From NCBI GenBank assembly GCA_046563655.1, contig CM102285.1, positions 1,922,001 to 1,986,000 of the forward strand: DNA of 64,000 nt. Direction: 5' to 3'. Position numbers and translations under genes: made by a program. Under the pieces are notes generated by a model that was given only the letters and a program-made list of their open reading frames with translations, did not search any database and was not told where the DNA came from. This document shows, piece by piece, positions 21,826-35,339 of the stretch. Each line of letters opens with the position of its first letter. Position 1 is the first letter of the stretch. The DNA is from Yuukianura sp. NJ FZ-2021. Taxonomy: Eukaryota.

Positions 21826-24800
21826 ATGACCTCCTGCACGGGACAGGTCATCATGAGCCGGCCGGGATTTTCAAAATTTCCTATTCCGCTCCTTGCTTTG
21901 TGGACTACTCTCCTGGTACTCAACTACGTTCCTATCACATTTGCAGGAACACAGACATGTAAGTTTATGAAAATTTTGAATTTCCTTTTTATTTTCTTTT
22001 TCAAATTTTCTGTTCAAAACCTCAAAAATGGGGTTGTTAATTTTCGAGTGATTGTTTTCCAAGCAAAGCTCAAATACATTTTTACTGATGCAAAAATATT
22101 GCAAGTTTTGGAACAAGTTTTTGAAAGATTTTTTTTTAATATACTAAAAACGTTACTAAGTAGAAAATTCTCAATTTCTGAAATCTCATTTTGTTTTTGC
22201 TCATTTCAAAAGTACTTTTTTATGATTTCAAATAATATTGAAAGAAAATAGACGCAAGGAAGTTTGAGACTTTTATTTTCAAAATATTGTTTGACTTTGT
22301 GAAAATTGAAGTTTGGAAAGCGAAAGTACCACCAACTGCTTCCAGCTCCCAAAAGTTTTTTGATTACTGTTTTAAAAGCTTCAATTTCAAAAATTTTAGT
22401 TCCTCTCAACTTTCTATTTCAAAAAAAAATTGCAGTTCATCATGAATGTTGAAAGTCTTTTAACAAAAGATGAAAAGTTTTTTAGAACTCAAGTTAGCAA
22501 CAGATCCTGCGCCGCAGGATTTTCGTAACAGCCTGGAAAAAGTTAAAAGTTGCACAATTTCTCTATTTCAAAAAGTACAACTTTCAGCTATGCAGAAAAG
22601 ATGATATGTCCTACTTAAAAATATGTTTCAAAAAAATTTACTAAAAAGTATGAATCCAAAAATGGCTTTGGGTTTTGAGTTTTAGTCAATACAAAGAAAA
22701 AAAAAGTTTAAAAAATGGCATTTCGAAAAACATACACTTCAATTTTCTTACTTTTTCCCATTTATGCTTGTGTTGGTTACAAGATCAGGAGTGATAAGAC
22801 TTTATTTTATCAAGAACCGCCCATTCTTTGATTAAATTCTTGTTGAAAATTTTGTTGTTGAGACGACAAATTAAATTTTTATTGAGCTTTTGTTGATCAG
22901 AGAAAGAAAGAACTAAAGAGAAAGTAGAAGGAAAAAGAAAGTTTTTATAATGCATAAAGTTTAGCCAGCTCATACGAAGACCATGTCGATGTCAAAGTGA
23001 AGAAAAAGAAGTATGAATTTGGAGACCGTATCATGCGATGTGACGCGATATTCCGAAAACTTTTTCTTTTTTGAATCTCCCTTCTTTCTCCGCTCCTGCC
23101 CGCCCGCATCTCTTATCTCGTCAATAACGGCAGACAGGATAGGGGCAGTAACTTGTACATTTTTCAAAAAAAAAGTAGAGTTGAGAAACAGTTCCCAGCC
23201 TTTTCCTCGATTTCAATCACTTCTCATTTAAAATGACGTTTAAAAAACATGAAGATGAAAATTTCCCGCTCAAAATTTACATTTGAAAAGAAAATTTCAC
23301 CGAACAGTAGAAAATTTTAGAGAGTGAAGAGTTCCGAGATGTTTACAAAGTCTAATTTGAATTTAATGTTCTTAGGCCATTCTGTATAAATGAGTTTTCA
23401 ATTTCAAATCCGACTGCGGAAAAACTCGTATTACTTTGGATTACCCGACGAAAATGATAAAATACACGATTAAAAGTTAATTTCCGTTTGGTTGAGTTCG
23501 AATTGCAGTTTCAAAGTGATAACTTCAAAAAATGTCTTGTTTCTAGGACTATGGGTCACAATAACCGAGCAAAACTAAAGTGATTTTTATCACTTGAGCG
23601 TTGAAAATCGTTAAACTCATCTCTTTCGTTTGTAGATGAAATAGTGATCGGAATATAAAGATTGAGTTTGAGTTTTGGAAGACAATAATGACTTTCCTTG
23701 TCCAATTCCCGGCATTCCATGGAAGGCTTCACGGAAAATCCCATTTGGCTCCTCTAATCATATTCCAAGCCACTTTGAACGAACACGTCTCAATTTATTT
23801 TTCAAACTCTCCCGCTCTTCGCCCTCCGCACATTCCTCCATTTCCGTCATTTTTGAACAGGAAGTGCCCAGGTCGTAAATAGGCTTGTTTCTTTTTTGAA
23901 AAAGGCGCGCTTCCGACAGTACTTGAGGTGAATACTAGCAAACTTACAGGAAACGACCGCACGGTTTCTCCTAAATCAAGTTTTCTAACCTCCTAAATTT
24001 TCTAATGAAATTTCCAAAAAGTGGAGGTAAATTTGAAACTGGAGAGAGAGGGAGAGGCGCTGAACTCTAAAATTTGTTTACTTTTTCAAACCTCATAAGC
24101 ACACTATGGACATGCAAAACCGAGCGGAAGGAAAACAAACAAGAAAAATGGCGCCTTCTAGGGCTGGATAAATGGCGCTAAATTTTCAAAATTTGAATTT
24201 TTTTTTCAGTTGAGCTGTCCAGTCTTTGTCGTGAAAGATTCCCATCTCAAATGCAACACCGTGAGATTGATGGTGCCGTGATAGTTTCACGAAATGAAAA
24301 AAATTTAGACTGTTCCGTAACTTTCACGGCGGAGTACGTGACGCAACGGTTCATGATACGATTTGACGAGTTTCAAATGGATTGCGAAGATCATCTGAAC
24401 ATCTATGACTCTTCAACAGCCGTTGGAAATGCTCGGGTAAGGTCAACTTTCGATTTCAAAGGTCATTGACCTTTTAAACATTTCCGAGGTCATTGACCTT
24501 TACAATATACCAAACGTTTATGTATTTACTTTAGTTTATGCTCTTCTTTTTGATATTTGTACAAAAAAAAAAGTCTCAAAGGTCATTGACCTTTGTTGTT
24601 TACAACATTTTTTCCCGCGCTTTTATGGTTTTTTTTTGAATCCACTATAATTTGCGCAAAACATTGACTTTTTTGTGCGTATCTTCACAAGGTCATTGAC
24701 CTCGGCTTAAGTATTGCTAAGGGTCAATGACCTCGCGGTTGTTAAGTTTTTCTGATCACGTAATGTGTTATGTTATCTAGGCGGAACTCAATTGTCGCTA

Positions 24801-27800
24801 CATTCGTCCAGATGATATTGGCGTAATTCGAACTCGAGGACATTCCGTGACACTCCGTTTTGGTAAGAAAAGTTTTCGGAAGTTCAGCAAAAAAAGTCTC
24901 CTCATTTTCAAAATTTGGAAATTGAAATAATTTTTTTGTTTCAGTTACTGACAACTGGGGAACCACTGCCCACTTCACTATGATTATCACAGCCTACAAA
25001 GATGCTTGTAAGTTTTTTCATCAACTCCCGCCTTCTTTGAAAAAAGAGAGATAACACGCAATCCTTCCTTGCCAGCATTTTTTTTTCAAAATGGCCTCCG
25101 AAGAACAATGAATGCTCTAATTGAAAAAGTTTCACCATTTCCAAAAATTAGGTTTCCCGCTGTAACCACTAGTTGATGTTGATTCAAAATTAATGCTGAC
25201 CGGCACCTACTGTCTACCTCTCATAGCCTTTGCATGTTAAATATTACTGGATTTAATCTAGCGTCAAGTTAGTTTAAGCTTAACCTAACCAGACATGCCA
25301 TCACACTTTTATGAAAATTGGAAATCAATCTCAATATCCTTCGGGCTTTGCTTTAGATTAGCTAAGGCCAGGTAACTAAACCGCCAAACATCAAGGCTTA
25401 ACCGCCAATTTTTGAATTTATCGTATTTCGATAACTCCGCAATTTTCATAACAACTCTAGTGAGTGTGCATTAGCGACTGACTTTGGCAGAAAATCGTTT
25501 AAAAAATTCCGTGGGTGGCTTCTTTTGCCTGAACAAATTCCAAAAATATCGGGATTGAATTTTGAACTACTCCGCCTCCGCTATTTTTTAAAATAGACGT
25601 ATCTAAAGTGCCTTATGTGAGAGGATTTTCGAACAAAATACTTATTTTTATATATACCTTCATTCATTTCATGTACAAAGCAATGCATGGCCGTAGATCA
25701 GGTTTCACTAAAAACGTACACAACTTTTAACCTAACTAACCCAATCCAAACACTTAGCCTAACATGACAAGCCAAATTTAGACGTTAGTTTTTCAAAAAG
25801 GGATATAAGAATATTACGAAATTTTGAAAAAATGTTCTTCAAACGTTGTTGTAACGGTGGTTACAACTGTAATTTGTTAGTCATTTTTTTTAACGATTTA
25901 GTATTCTAGGGTAACCAGTCATTGTAACCACTATGTTACCGCCAATGCAACCCATCGATACCCTAATCAAGTTTAACAGAATTTCTTGTCCTTGTTTTTG
26001 AAAATTTGAATGTTAGTAAAGTTGAAAATTAGGATATTTTAAAATTTGGTTCGGAGAGAGTGGAAATTTTGAAAGGAAGTTGAATAGGCCCTTGGGTTAT
26101 TGCAGGGGTTAGGGTTAAGTTAGGGTTTTTGATTAAAGGTTTAGCTTTGAGGGCAAAAGGTTGACGAGTAGCTGGGTTTAATCTAGCCGGGTTGTTGTGG
26201 CGGGTGTATTCAAATTCACTATTCAACAAAGTCCTTTATGCTAAGTCTTGTCAGAGTAAAGGCAAATTTTCATGACGCATTTCCTCTTACAAACATTAGG
26301 TTTTAGTCTGTTGGAGATGCTTGCTGCAATTGAGAGCTTTTAAAATTGTTTTCATCTGTTAATCCCAACGATGGTGGGTTTCTGTAAGGTCCAAGTGAAG
26401 TAGCTTACCAGAAATACACAAAATGCTCTTGAGGTTAAGTCTCATTTGAATTCTCGCGCTCTCTTCCATTTCACCAAGTTTCCCTTCTCCCAATTACTTC
26501 GACCTCAGTGCCCTTCCAATTTTGAATTGAGAAACAAAGGGAATGGGGGGACTCTGCCCCCCTCTCCATGATGACATGCCGCCAAATTATTTCTCTTCTG
26601 TTGTTATATTCAATTTACTTTTTGAAAATCAATTGAATTACGACCGTCCTCTTCTGTCAAGTTTACAATAGAGCGCCAAAGTCTATTGAATTTGAATTGG
26701 GCGCTATTCAAACCTCGTTAGCTTTCTCACAAATGGAATTTAAAGCCAATGACTGTAGCTAAGTGCAGCTGGAAAAATAAACTGCGACTTGAATTATTTT
26801 TTTTTGTTCACGTTGCCCATTACTGCAAATAATTGGTTTGCCCAGCTCTGTCCCCTCATTTTCTTATGCCCAACCATGGCAACGCCTCGTCTTTGTCTAG
26901 CTGAACATCAATGTCGACTAACTTTTATTGGATAACATGTTCTTCCAGTGTTTTGGAAAAAAAATATTAGATGGTAAGTGGTTAATGCTTCGAATGACAA
27001 TCAGTGTCGCCTGGGTTCAATTCAAAGTTAGGGTAGCTCAATTTTTCTCCTTTTTTTAGTTTAGCCAGTTCAAATTCAGCTGTTAAATATAATTAGTTTT
27101 CGTCACATGACGGTGCACGACTCTAAAATTTCGAGTTGCTCTGAAGTACAGAATAACAAGAGGTTGAAGAAAATGACGTCACATGATGTGTGACTCATAC
27201 GTCAAATAACAATGCAAAAGGCGAGCTTACGTCCTCTGAAATTTCAAAATTGATGTCCCCCGTCTGACCAGTAACCGTAGTAACTTTGAGAGTAGCAGTA
27301 AAATTTTGAAAGTAGGCGCTACTTTCACTCGCCTATGGATTTGGATAATGACATCATTTTTTCCCACAGCACAAAGGCACCACCGAAACTACCGCCACTC
27401 AAAAAACTTTTTATTGACTAAACCGAAGCCGTTAAGGCTCGTATTTCTTGGCGGCCGCGCAAACTGCAATAATTTTCACAGATATGAAAAGAAACCCGGA
27501 AAGTTTGGAAAGAAAGGAAACGCTTTACCTTCACTTCCAGTCTTCCCGCCATATTTCATCTCAAGTCTCCCAGAGATAAACCTACTCTAACCTTAAAGCT
27601 TTCATTTCCACACAAAACTAACGTTAGACAGTGGGCGGGTGCGGAGATGAAAAAGTGAAGAAGATTTCCGTCGTCTTTGAAAAATCGGAGGGTTGAGAGA
27701 ATGATGACGTTCAAGGGCGTAATCCCGGAAAACAGGCATTTTTCAAACTCTTAGCTTAGGAATTAGGACAGGTTCAAGTCGACAGAAACAAATTTGAATT

Positions 27801-30800
27801 TGGGCGGTGTCAAAATTTAAGAAAAACGAATTTTTGACTTTGTTTTTCTTTTGTGTGTTTTACAGCTCAAGGTTGTCGAGACTCCTTTTTCTGCAGTTCC
27901 GACAACATGTGCATCTCCAATCGTCTCCTGTGTGATAACGTTAACAATTGTGGTGATCGGGCTGATGAATCCAGAGCAGCAAACTGTTCCAGTAAGTATA
28001 TTTTTTAAAAATTTCAAACACCTAATCTTTTTTGAAATTTTGAAAACCGAGAGTTTGAAGAATTCCAAAAAGGCACAAAAAACTTGTTGGTTATCCAGGA
28101 GTGGAAAACTCGGAAAAGCTAAAAATGCTTGTGCTTATCAAGCTCAAAGATTTTGTAAAGGCGCGAAAATATTTGCATTCCTGTGCCGTATTCAAATTGG
28201 CATTGGCGCGAGTATAAAATTCAAATTTTCAAAAATAAGCCGTTTAGAACGATGGCGTATCCTAACATTAGCGAAAGTGCCAACTCACATCTGCGAGAAA
28301 TATTTTCGAAAAAGCAAAACCATTTCAGATTTGGCGCTAAAATTTGGCTTCAGCAAATAGCATTAAGGAAAAATACTAAAAGAGATGCAGGATCTGATAA
28401 CAGGGGTTCAACATTCGAATTTTTCGCGTTATTTTTTCTACTCACGAAGAATGTAGAAAACAAACAAACAAAATTGGTAGACTTTCTTTTAATCTCGATT
28501 AGGTTTTGTTGTCGAAGAAAGCTGAAAACATTTTCCTCTAAAAATTTTCTTTTCTACATTTTTTTTACTTTCTCTTTTCCTGAAAGTCAAAAAGTCTTTT
28601 TCTTTGGAACCTGGCTGGAGGTCCTCCGTCTGCCCATTAAATTCCGATTCGTCTCTCCATTTCTCCGCCAATGTTTGAACCCATTCTTTTTCCGTCTCTC
28701 AAAACCAAACGACCGGAGGGGAAAGAGACGCTAGAAACTTGCTTCTAGCTAGCTAGCGAGCGGTAGTGGTTAGGTTTTGTTAGGTTTTCTAACCTAACCG
28801 GTTTGAGTGCCAAAAGCTACGCTAGAATCTAGAAGCACCGAGAATCGACCATACAATAATCAATAGTTTAGATTCCTAGAGATTATTTGGCTTCCCGCCG
28901 CACCAACTTCAAGTCTCTCAAAAAAAAAAGGTTTTGAGACTTTTGAGAAAATGGTTCTAGCGCGGGAAGAAAGTAAAAAGTTTGAACTCATAAAAAAAAT
29001 AAAGGTTACGTGCCGAGGCTGTAAGGAACTCTCATTTTCTCACACTAAATTTAGTACTAAAAAGAATAAAGTTACCGCCATGCAATTTGGCCATCGAACG
29101 AACCTAAGAAAATCTAATCCAAAAGCCAGGACATGAGTATAATGCCCGCATTTTTGAGAAAAAGTAAAAGTAAAAAGAAAGTTTAGACAATTACTGAGCT
29201 AAACCGCCCTTTTGGACTTTGAAAAAGTTTTGAGAACGGGGCGTGCCAAAGTTCAAGTTTGAATGGGCTCGTCCAGAACAAAAGTTCACTTTTCACCGCA
29301 CCAAATGGTGCGTTCACCTTTTGGTCTTTGGCGCCTTAACTGTCTAAAAGTTTGAAAAAAAAATGTTTAGTGCTTGTTTCAAAAAATAAGTTTGGCGCCA
29401 AAATTTCAAAATTTTGGCTCTTTCTTAGGTAACTTTCTGTTGGATCTTATTGCAACGGCTGGTGCAGGGGATTCTACGCATGGAATCCTAATCATCAGTG
29501 GCCTCGTCGTGATTTCTACGGTGATAGTCCTCGTCTGCGTCTACTTCTGCCATAGACGTTCCTCTCAACGTAACCAACAACCTCTACCTTCTCCACAACA
29601 CGTTATTAACAATCATTCAAGTGAGTTTCAATTCAAATTCTGCATTTGAAATTCCCGCCGAAATATTTTAAACTTTCTCTCCCGCTTTGAAAGAGTGACA
29701 GCCAACCATTCCTTTCCTTTTCAGAATAAAAAATCCAGGAGTGGATGCTAAGTCAGGGTGAAGTGAAAGTTGAGCTAGAATGAATTATGTACAAGGATTT
29801 GAATTTTCCCGCACTCCCTTCCCGGGGAATCTTTCTTCCCGCGCTTTCTTCAAAAAATTTGAATCTCCCTGGAGTTTCTTCCTTTTGAAGTTAATTAAGA
29901 CAAAGAGGTGTGCATGGGTCAAAGGAGAACCAAGAGGATTCAAATGTGGGCGAATAAAAGAAGTTGAATGAAAGTGACAGTTTAGAGTTATGCACAGCCC
30001 ATTTACACCGTAGCAGATTTTATCGATTACTATCAAAATTTTGGTTTTCTACCACATAGTTTTACAAACTGTGGTTTTAATTAACGAATTGAAAAAAAGC
30101 GACAGTTAGAGTTGTGCGCCTTTCCTATTCACACTGTTCCAACTTGAATGAACTAAAAACTAAGACGGTGTAAATAAGATACGATGCACAACTCAATTAC
30201 AGTTAGAGTTTTGCACTTTAGCTATTTACACCGTATTAATGTTTTAGTTCATAAAATACAGATAGCGTAAACAGGTACAGCGCAAGACTCAGCTACGGTT
30301 AGAGTTTTGCGCCTTACTAATTTAGACCGTCTCAATTTTCAGTTCTTAAAAATTAAGATGGTGCAAATTGGTAAGGCGCACAACTCTAACTGTCGTTTTT
30401 AATAAAATTCTCTCGTTAAGGTAGGTAAGCCTATTTAGGTTTACCTACCCTAAAACTAAAGTAATTGAAAAGTGTAAATAATTTATGAGTGTGTGAGTTA
30501 CGTAATCACTCAAAGGGTGAAGTAAATGAGTAGAAGTAGGGTGATGGGTGGCTGGTTCTCGAATGGTTGGTTGCCTGGGATGCTGTAGATTAGACGTGTG
30601 ATCAATAACTGTCTCCTCCATCTTCATTATGGTTTTGTCTCCATACAGAGAATGAGGTCAGGGGTTGTGGTGTGGGTGGGTCGAATGGAGCGGGGACTGT
30701 GGTGGCCATGACAGACAAGACGGGCATCCATCGTCTCCATCACCCCAACCAGTCAACGACACTGGACAGTCTCGTCACTAAGTCGGGAAACTACCGTCTC

Positions 30801-31932
30801 CCTGCGGCAAGCCTAGGGTACATCACCATGAAACGTCGTCTTCACCTTCTCCCATGCTATATGGCAAACTAAACGTTCCCTCGTCAACACACTCGTAAGC
30901 CCAAAAATTTAAATTTCAAAAACTCCTTTCCAAATTTTTAAGCGTGCTCCAATTTTTAGTTTCCCGCACGTCCTACTTTCTCCAAACATCTCATTTTCTT
31001 TTAGCAGGCTATCAATCACTATCACAAAAAATACTTTCTCTTACTTCTTTGCGCTTCGCAAACCCCAAACTTTCTGGATTTCACATGCACGGTACCATGC
31101 ATTATGTTTTCTTTTTTGTTAAAAACTTCAAAATTTGAAGTAAAATTTTCAAATTTTGGTAAATTTGAGTTCAGTTTAGTGCTACCTATCGATTGTAGTT
31201 TTGCGATAAATAAATTTTGTTTGCTGGCGTTTGTATTATTTTGGCTTTCCAACTTTATCTGATTTTTCGGCAGTGACAAAAAAAAAAGCTCCTGAGTTAA
31301 TATTTTTTTCTGAAAAAGAGAGAAAGAATTGTCGTTTTTTTTTAAATTTGATTTGTTAACGCCAAACTTTTGACTCTTAAAAACACGTTTACTGCTATAC
31401 TCATAATTCATAAACTTTGAACAACATGGCAATTATTTTTCGATCACAATTAATTTGATTTCCAAAATTTTTCATGCAGAGGAGAGGGAGAAGGGAGGGG
31501 AGGAATGAAAATCGCCATGAAATGGAATTGGGGAGGGAGAAAACAAGGTGTGGGGCACAATGTGAAATTTTGAAACTTAAATTGAGCTCGAGGAAACTTT
31601 CAAATTGAGACGGGCGCGACTACCTCAAAACTTTTCCTATTATTATTTCCCTTTCTCCCTCCACTTTCTTTTCTCACACTTAGTTACTCTCTAAAGCACG
31701 TCCTGGCACTTTATTTACTTTCATTTTTTCCAAGCCCTTGTTTGTTGAAGAAAGTTGCGATAGGAAATCGATGCGGTGACTGCCAGTTATTAAATGTAAA
31801 CGACTCAATACACGGAGCAGAAAGCTGTTCTACAAAAGGAGAAAGAAAAGCGAAGTCTAATAACTCTTTTATTTCTTTGTAAATACAAACAGTGACGTCT
31901 CACCAAGTCAAAAAGAAGAATGGTTCGTGTAA
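21826..31932 (+). CDS. loaf: CUB-like + LDLa + single-pass transmembrane protein, Drosophila Lost-and-found-like
   Basis: Exons: 21826 (or 21853)-21958 signal peptide; 24210-24436 (REIDGAVIVSRNEKNLDC..QRFMIRFD); 24781-24862; 24945-25007 (VTDNWGT); 27866-27991 LDLa (CRDSFFC..CISNRLLCDNVNNCGDRADES..C); 29429-29620 TM; 30649-30817; 31893-31932 ending KEEWFV*. The symbol rests on remembered motif similarity, and the penultimate exon is uncertain. Confidence 0.8.
24460..24733. promoter_or_regulatory. Cluster of five IR-1 nuclear-receptor palindromes (RGGTCA-N-TGACCT, ecdysone response element type)
   Basis: AGGTCATTGACCT at 24460, 24487, 24580 and 24690, and GGGTCAATGACCT at 24721, all in one 344-nt intron with otherwise non-repetitive spacers. 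Confidence 0.7.
26972..27023 (+). other. Possible degenerate tRNA-derived (SINE-like) relic
   Basis: A-box-like TGGTAAGTGG (26972) and B-box-like GGTTCAATTC (27014) at tRNA-like spacing. No convincing cloverleaf. Confidence 0.3.
30100..30395. repeat. MITE-like array of three self-palindromic units of about 97 bp
   Basis: Perfect 23-bp terminal inverted repeat CGACAGTTAGAGTTGTGCGCCTT (30100-30122 / 30373-30395). Units start at 30103, 30200 and 30296. Confidence 0.8.
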
Positions 31933-33743
31933 AAGCAAAAACAAAAAACAACGCACAACCTCTAAAACTTCCGACTAAACGTCCACAAATTACAGAACAA
32001 AAAAAATCTGTCGCCAAATGACCACCATCACAAGAAAAGAAACGACCGTCACTGCAGCAACGTGAAAAGTGAAAATGAAAACAACACGCCCACCTCTGAA
32101 ACACAAAAATTAAGACTGCCCAACCCTGAAAAAAAAATGCCCACCTCTGTTTAATCGAAAATCAACAACAGCCGGTGAACTGCAGAACTCGTGGCAGAAA
32201 ATACGAGGTCAAAGTTTTGCTAAAAACTTTTGGTCGTTGTTGGAAGAAAATGAAATTTTCAGAGGAAGCGGGAAAACACGGAAAATTCAAACTTTGCTGC
32301 AAATGGTACAGTGACAGAAGAAAAACAATAAATTTGGACGCAATGTGTGCGGAAAATTTTTTTGGAGGGAGAATACAAAAATATGAACAAAAAAGTTACT
32401 CTGGTGAAGAAAAAGGGAAAATTTTAAGAAGGAAAGACACGTAGCACCGCAGGGAGAGAATTTAAAAATTTGCTTCAGTGTACCCGGAAAGCAAAATTAG
32501 AGAAAAACGCCGATTTTTGTTGAAACCAAATGAAAAAACTATGATAATAATGAAAAATACTATATATTTTATACTCCACTTTTCTGAAAAATTTCCAATT
32601 ACTAATTGAAATGAAACCTAACATAGATTAACTATCAGTTTTTAGCTTGTTAACTTAATATATCATAATGTAAACGTAATAACTTAATGTATAGACTACG
32701 GTAATATATGTTCATATCTTTTTCACTCCTGAAACTGGAGAGAAAATTTTCGTAAAGTCGGGTATTATAGCGCCAAATTTTAAAAAGTTGTAGGCGTTAC
32801 CGTGTACGACGTGGACGTCGAAATGTAAATTTTTCTGTTACCTGCTAATGCTAAATCTTTAAGTATGAATGGCCTTTTTCGCGAATGCTGAGAAGTTGTT
32901 TTTTGAAAAAGCGCGCCAACTTATTAATGACAAGTTTGACTTAAAACCGCGAAGTTTCAAAGAATCTCTGATAAAGTTAGCAGCAATGTTAAACATTGTA
33001 TCCGAAGGTGAAATAAATTTGAGTCTTTTTGAATTTCACGCCAACTGTACATCTGCGCAAAATTTCCAGAGGTCAGTGACCTTAAAGCTAAACAGTTGTA
33101 GTGGCATGAGTAATTTTAGTATTAAGAATTCGTTTAGTAGTTAGTTTCCTTTGTTAAGTGGAAATAGGCTTTAACAAGAAAAGTTGGTTATAAAATGACA
33201 AATTTAATCTAAATTCTGAAATTCCTGTACCTTACTTGAATGTGTTCTGCTGTAGACTGACTACCACTTTAAATTTACTCAATTATTTCTGTCATTGACA
33301 AATATTACCAACAGTTTTAAAATATGCCGATCTGAAGTAGTTTTCTCCAAAAGAAATTTGTTGTACTACTTTTTTTGGTAGAAAAATGCATTATTCTATT
33401 TGAATGTTTACTAAACAATGTTTATAAAACGTCTGCATCAGGATTTGTACAAATTTCATTTTTACCATATCAATTGTAATCTTCACCCAACTAGTTTTTG
33501 TATTCTAGGTCTTAACTGCTACCAATCTCAGGTGATTTAAATAAAGTGAAGGAGTACTAAAACAACGTATTGCGTAGCATTTCTTTTATACCTATAATGC
33601 TCAACAAGTGTACCACAGCAAACTTGTTCCTAAAATTGCAATCATTTTATTCGAAAATTTTGAAATTACGGCAATCTAAAATTTTTTATTGTTTCCATTT
33701 GAGTCGTATGTTAACATAATCTTCTCAAATTGTTTCAACTTTT

Positions 33744-34460
33744 TTACTGTGTCAAAATAGTTGCATCCTGCGTTGCCGTTATGTTTTTGACCTTGGCGCA
33801 CAGTTTGTGCAGATAGATCATTTTCTTGGAAGAAAATCCGATTTCTCTCAGCTTTTTCTTGATTGTTCTCAATTGACCTCGTCTCAAGGTCAACTGCGAT
33901 GAAGTGACTGTCCATGCAGCTTGACCTTTCGACCCTATGCACCATCTCGTCAAAATCGTGGTTTCATCCGCCCAGACTACCTGAGTAGTATGCTTAGTGT
34001 AATGAAAAGCACTGTGACTTTTGACATTTCGCGAATTCCGACAGTAGTGAGTGAATTCATCCTGTTTGCACTTGACCTTCATCGTTCGCCCGTTTCTCGA
34101 CCATTTGAAAAAGACGATATTGTTGCGCTTGACCTTTACCCTAAATGATGACTCACAATGGACGATGTCAATAAATTCTTGTCCATTCCAGAGATAGCCT
34201 TCTGACCTTTTGTAGTTAAATTGGTACATCAGTTGACTTTGAACGACGATGTGCTTGAAAGTAGCTATAGGGGTGAAAGACGATATTGGAAGAGGGTCAA
34301 AGGTCGGCATGCAGCTACACACTGAGCAGCGTGGATTCAAATAGTCCTTCCTCCCAATATTCAAACTCTTCAGCAAATCGGATTTTTCTATGCCGTATGT
34401 AGATGCGAAAATTAAAGTGAACACGAACAGTGACAGCCCAAAAAATTTCGAGAGGCCCAT
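33744..34460 (-). CDS. Secreted basic Cys-containing protein, divergent lipocalin/calycin-like, paralog 1
   Basis: Intronless ORF from ATG 34460 with signal peptide. The PRC(S/T)xCSCMPTFDP motif is shared with two adjacent paralogs. C-terminal W.vsS...TL + helix + GF + Cys pattern resembles lipocalin SCR3. The gene itself is well supported; the fold is inferred. Confidence 0.75.
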   Translation of the reverse strand: MGLSKFFGLSLFVFTLIFASTYGIEKSDLLKSLNIGRKDYLNPRCSVCSCMPTFDPLPISSFTPIATFKHIVVQSQLMYQFNYKRSEGYLWNGQEFIDIVHCESSFRVKVKRNNIVFFKWSRNGRTMKVKCKQDEFTHYCRNSRNVKSHSAFHYTKHTTQVVWADETTILTRWCIGSKGQAAWTVTSSQLTLRRGQLRTIKKKLREIGFSSKKMIYLHKLCAKVKNITATQDATILTQ

Positions 34461-34646
34461 TGTAATTGTTGTATTCAAAATTGTTCCTCATTTTCTACTG
34501 CTGACAAAGTAAAGGGAGAGAGTAGATACTACAATGGCGTGAACGAAATTGTAATTTCATGAATTTTTATTAAAACAAATTAATTCTAGTAGTAATTAAT
34601 TTTAATGCTCAAGTGTTCCTACCGTAGGAACTGGTATTCAGAATTG

Positions 34647-35339
34647 CTAAGGAAAAAACAATGTCATGTTTTTGACCTTGGTGCACAATTTGGGCAGATA
34701 CACAATTTCCTTAGCAGAAAATCCGATTTGTCTTAGCTTTTTCTTGATAGTTTTCAATTGACCTCGTCTCAAGGTCGGCTGCGACGAACTGACTTGCCAA
34801 ACGGCTTGACCTTCTGAGCCTACGCACCATTTAGACAAAATTGTCGTTTCGTCAGCCCAGACTAACTGAGCAGTACGGAGACTGTAATCAAAAGTCGCCT
34901 GACTCTTGACCTTTGGTGAATTGCGACAGTAGTAAGTAAATTCATCCCGTTTGCACTTGACTTTCATCTTTCGCCCGTTTCTCGTCCATTCGAACACGCT
35001 CATATTTTTTTTCTTGACCTTTGACCTAAATGATGACTCACAGTGGACCGTGTCAATGTCTTCTTTTCCATTCCAGAGATGACCTTCTGACCTTTTGTGG
35101 TTAAAGTAGTACATCAGTGGACTTTGGGCTACGATGTACCTGGGAGCAGTTGGAGGAGCCCAAGATGATGTCGGCACAGGGTCAAAGGTCGGCATGCAGC
35201 TACACACTGAGCAGCGTGGATTCAAATAGTCTTTCCTACCATGCGCCAAATTCTTCATCAAATCGGATTTTTGTATGCCGTATGCAGATGCGAAAATTAA
35301 AGTGAGCAATGACAGTGCAAAAATGTTTGAGAGGCCCAT
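34647..35339 (-). CDS. Secreted basic lipocalin-like protein, paralog 2
   Basis: Intronless 230-aa ORF very similar to paralog 1. The upstream non-coding sequence is duplicated too (34461-34645 vs 35340-35515). Confidence 0.75.
   Translation of the reverse strand: MGLSNIFALSLLTLIFASAYGIQKSDLMKNLAHGRKDYLNPRCSVCSCMPTFDPVPTSSWAPPTAPRYIVAQSPLMYYFNHKRSEGHLWNGKEDIDTVHCESSFRSKVKKKNMSVFEWTRNGRKMKVKCKRDEFTYYCRNSPKVKSQATFDYSLRTAQLVWADETTILSKWCVGSEGQAVWQVSSSQPTLRRGQLKTIKKKLRQIGFSAKEIVYLPKLCTKVKNMTLFFP

Noticed and set aside
27851-28734. Long 169-aa and 183-aa ORFs
   Set aside because: Low-complexity F/K-rich intron translations. The real LDLa exon is in another frame at 27866-27991.
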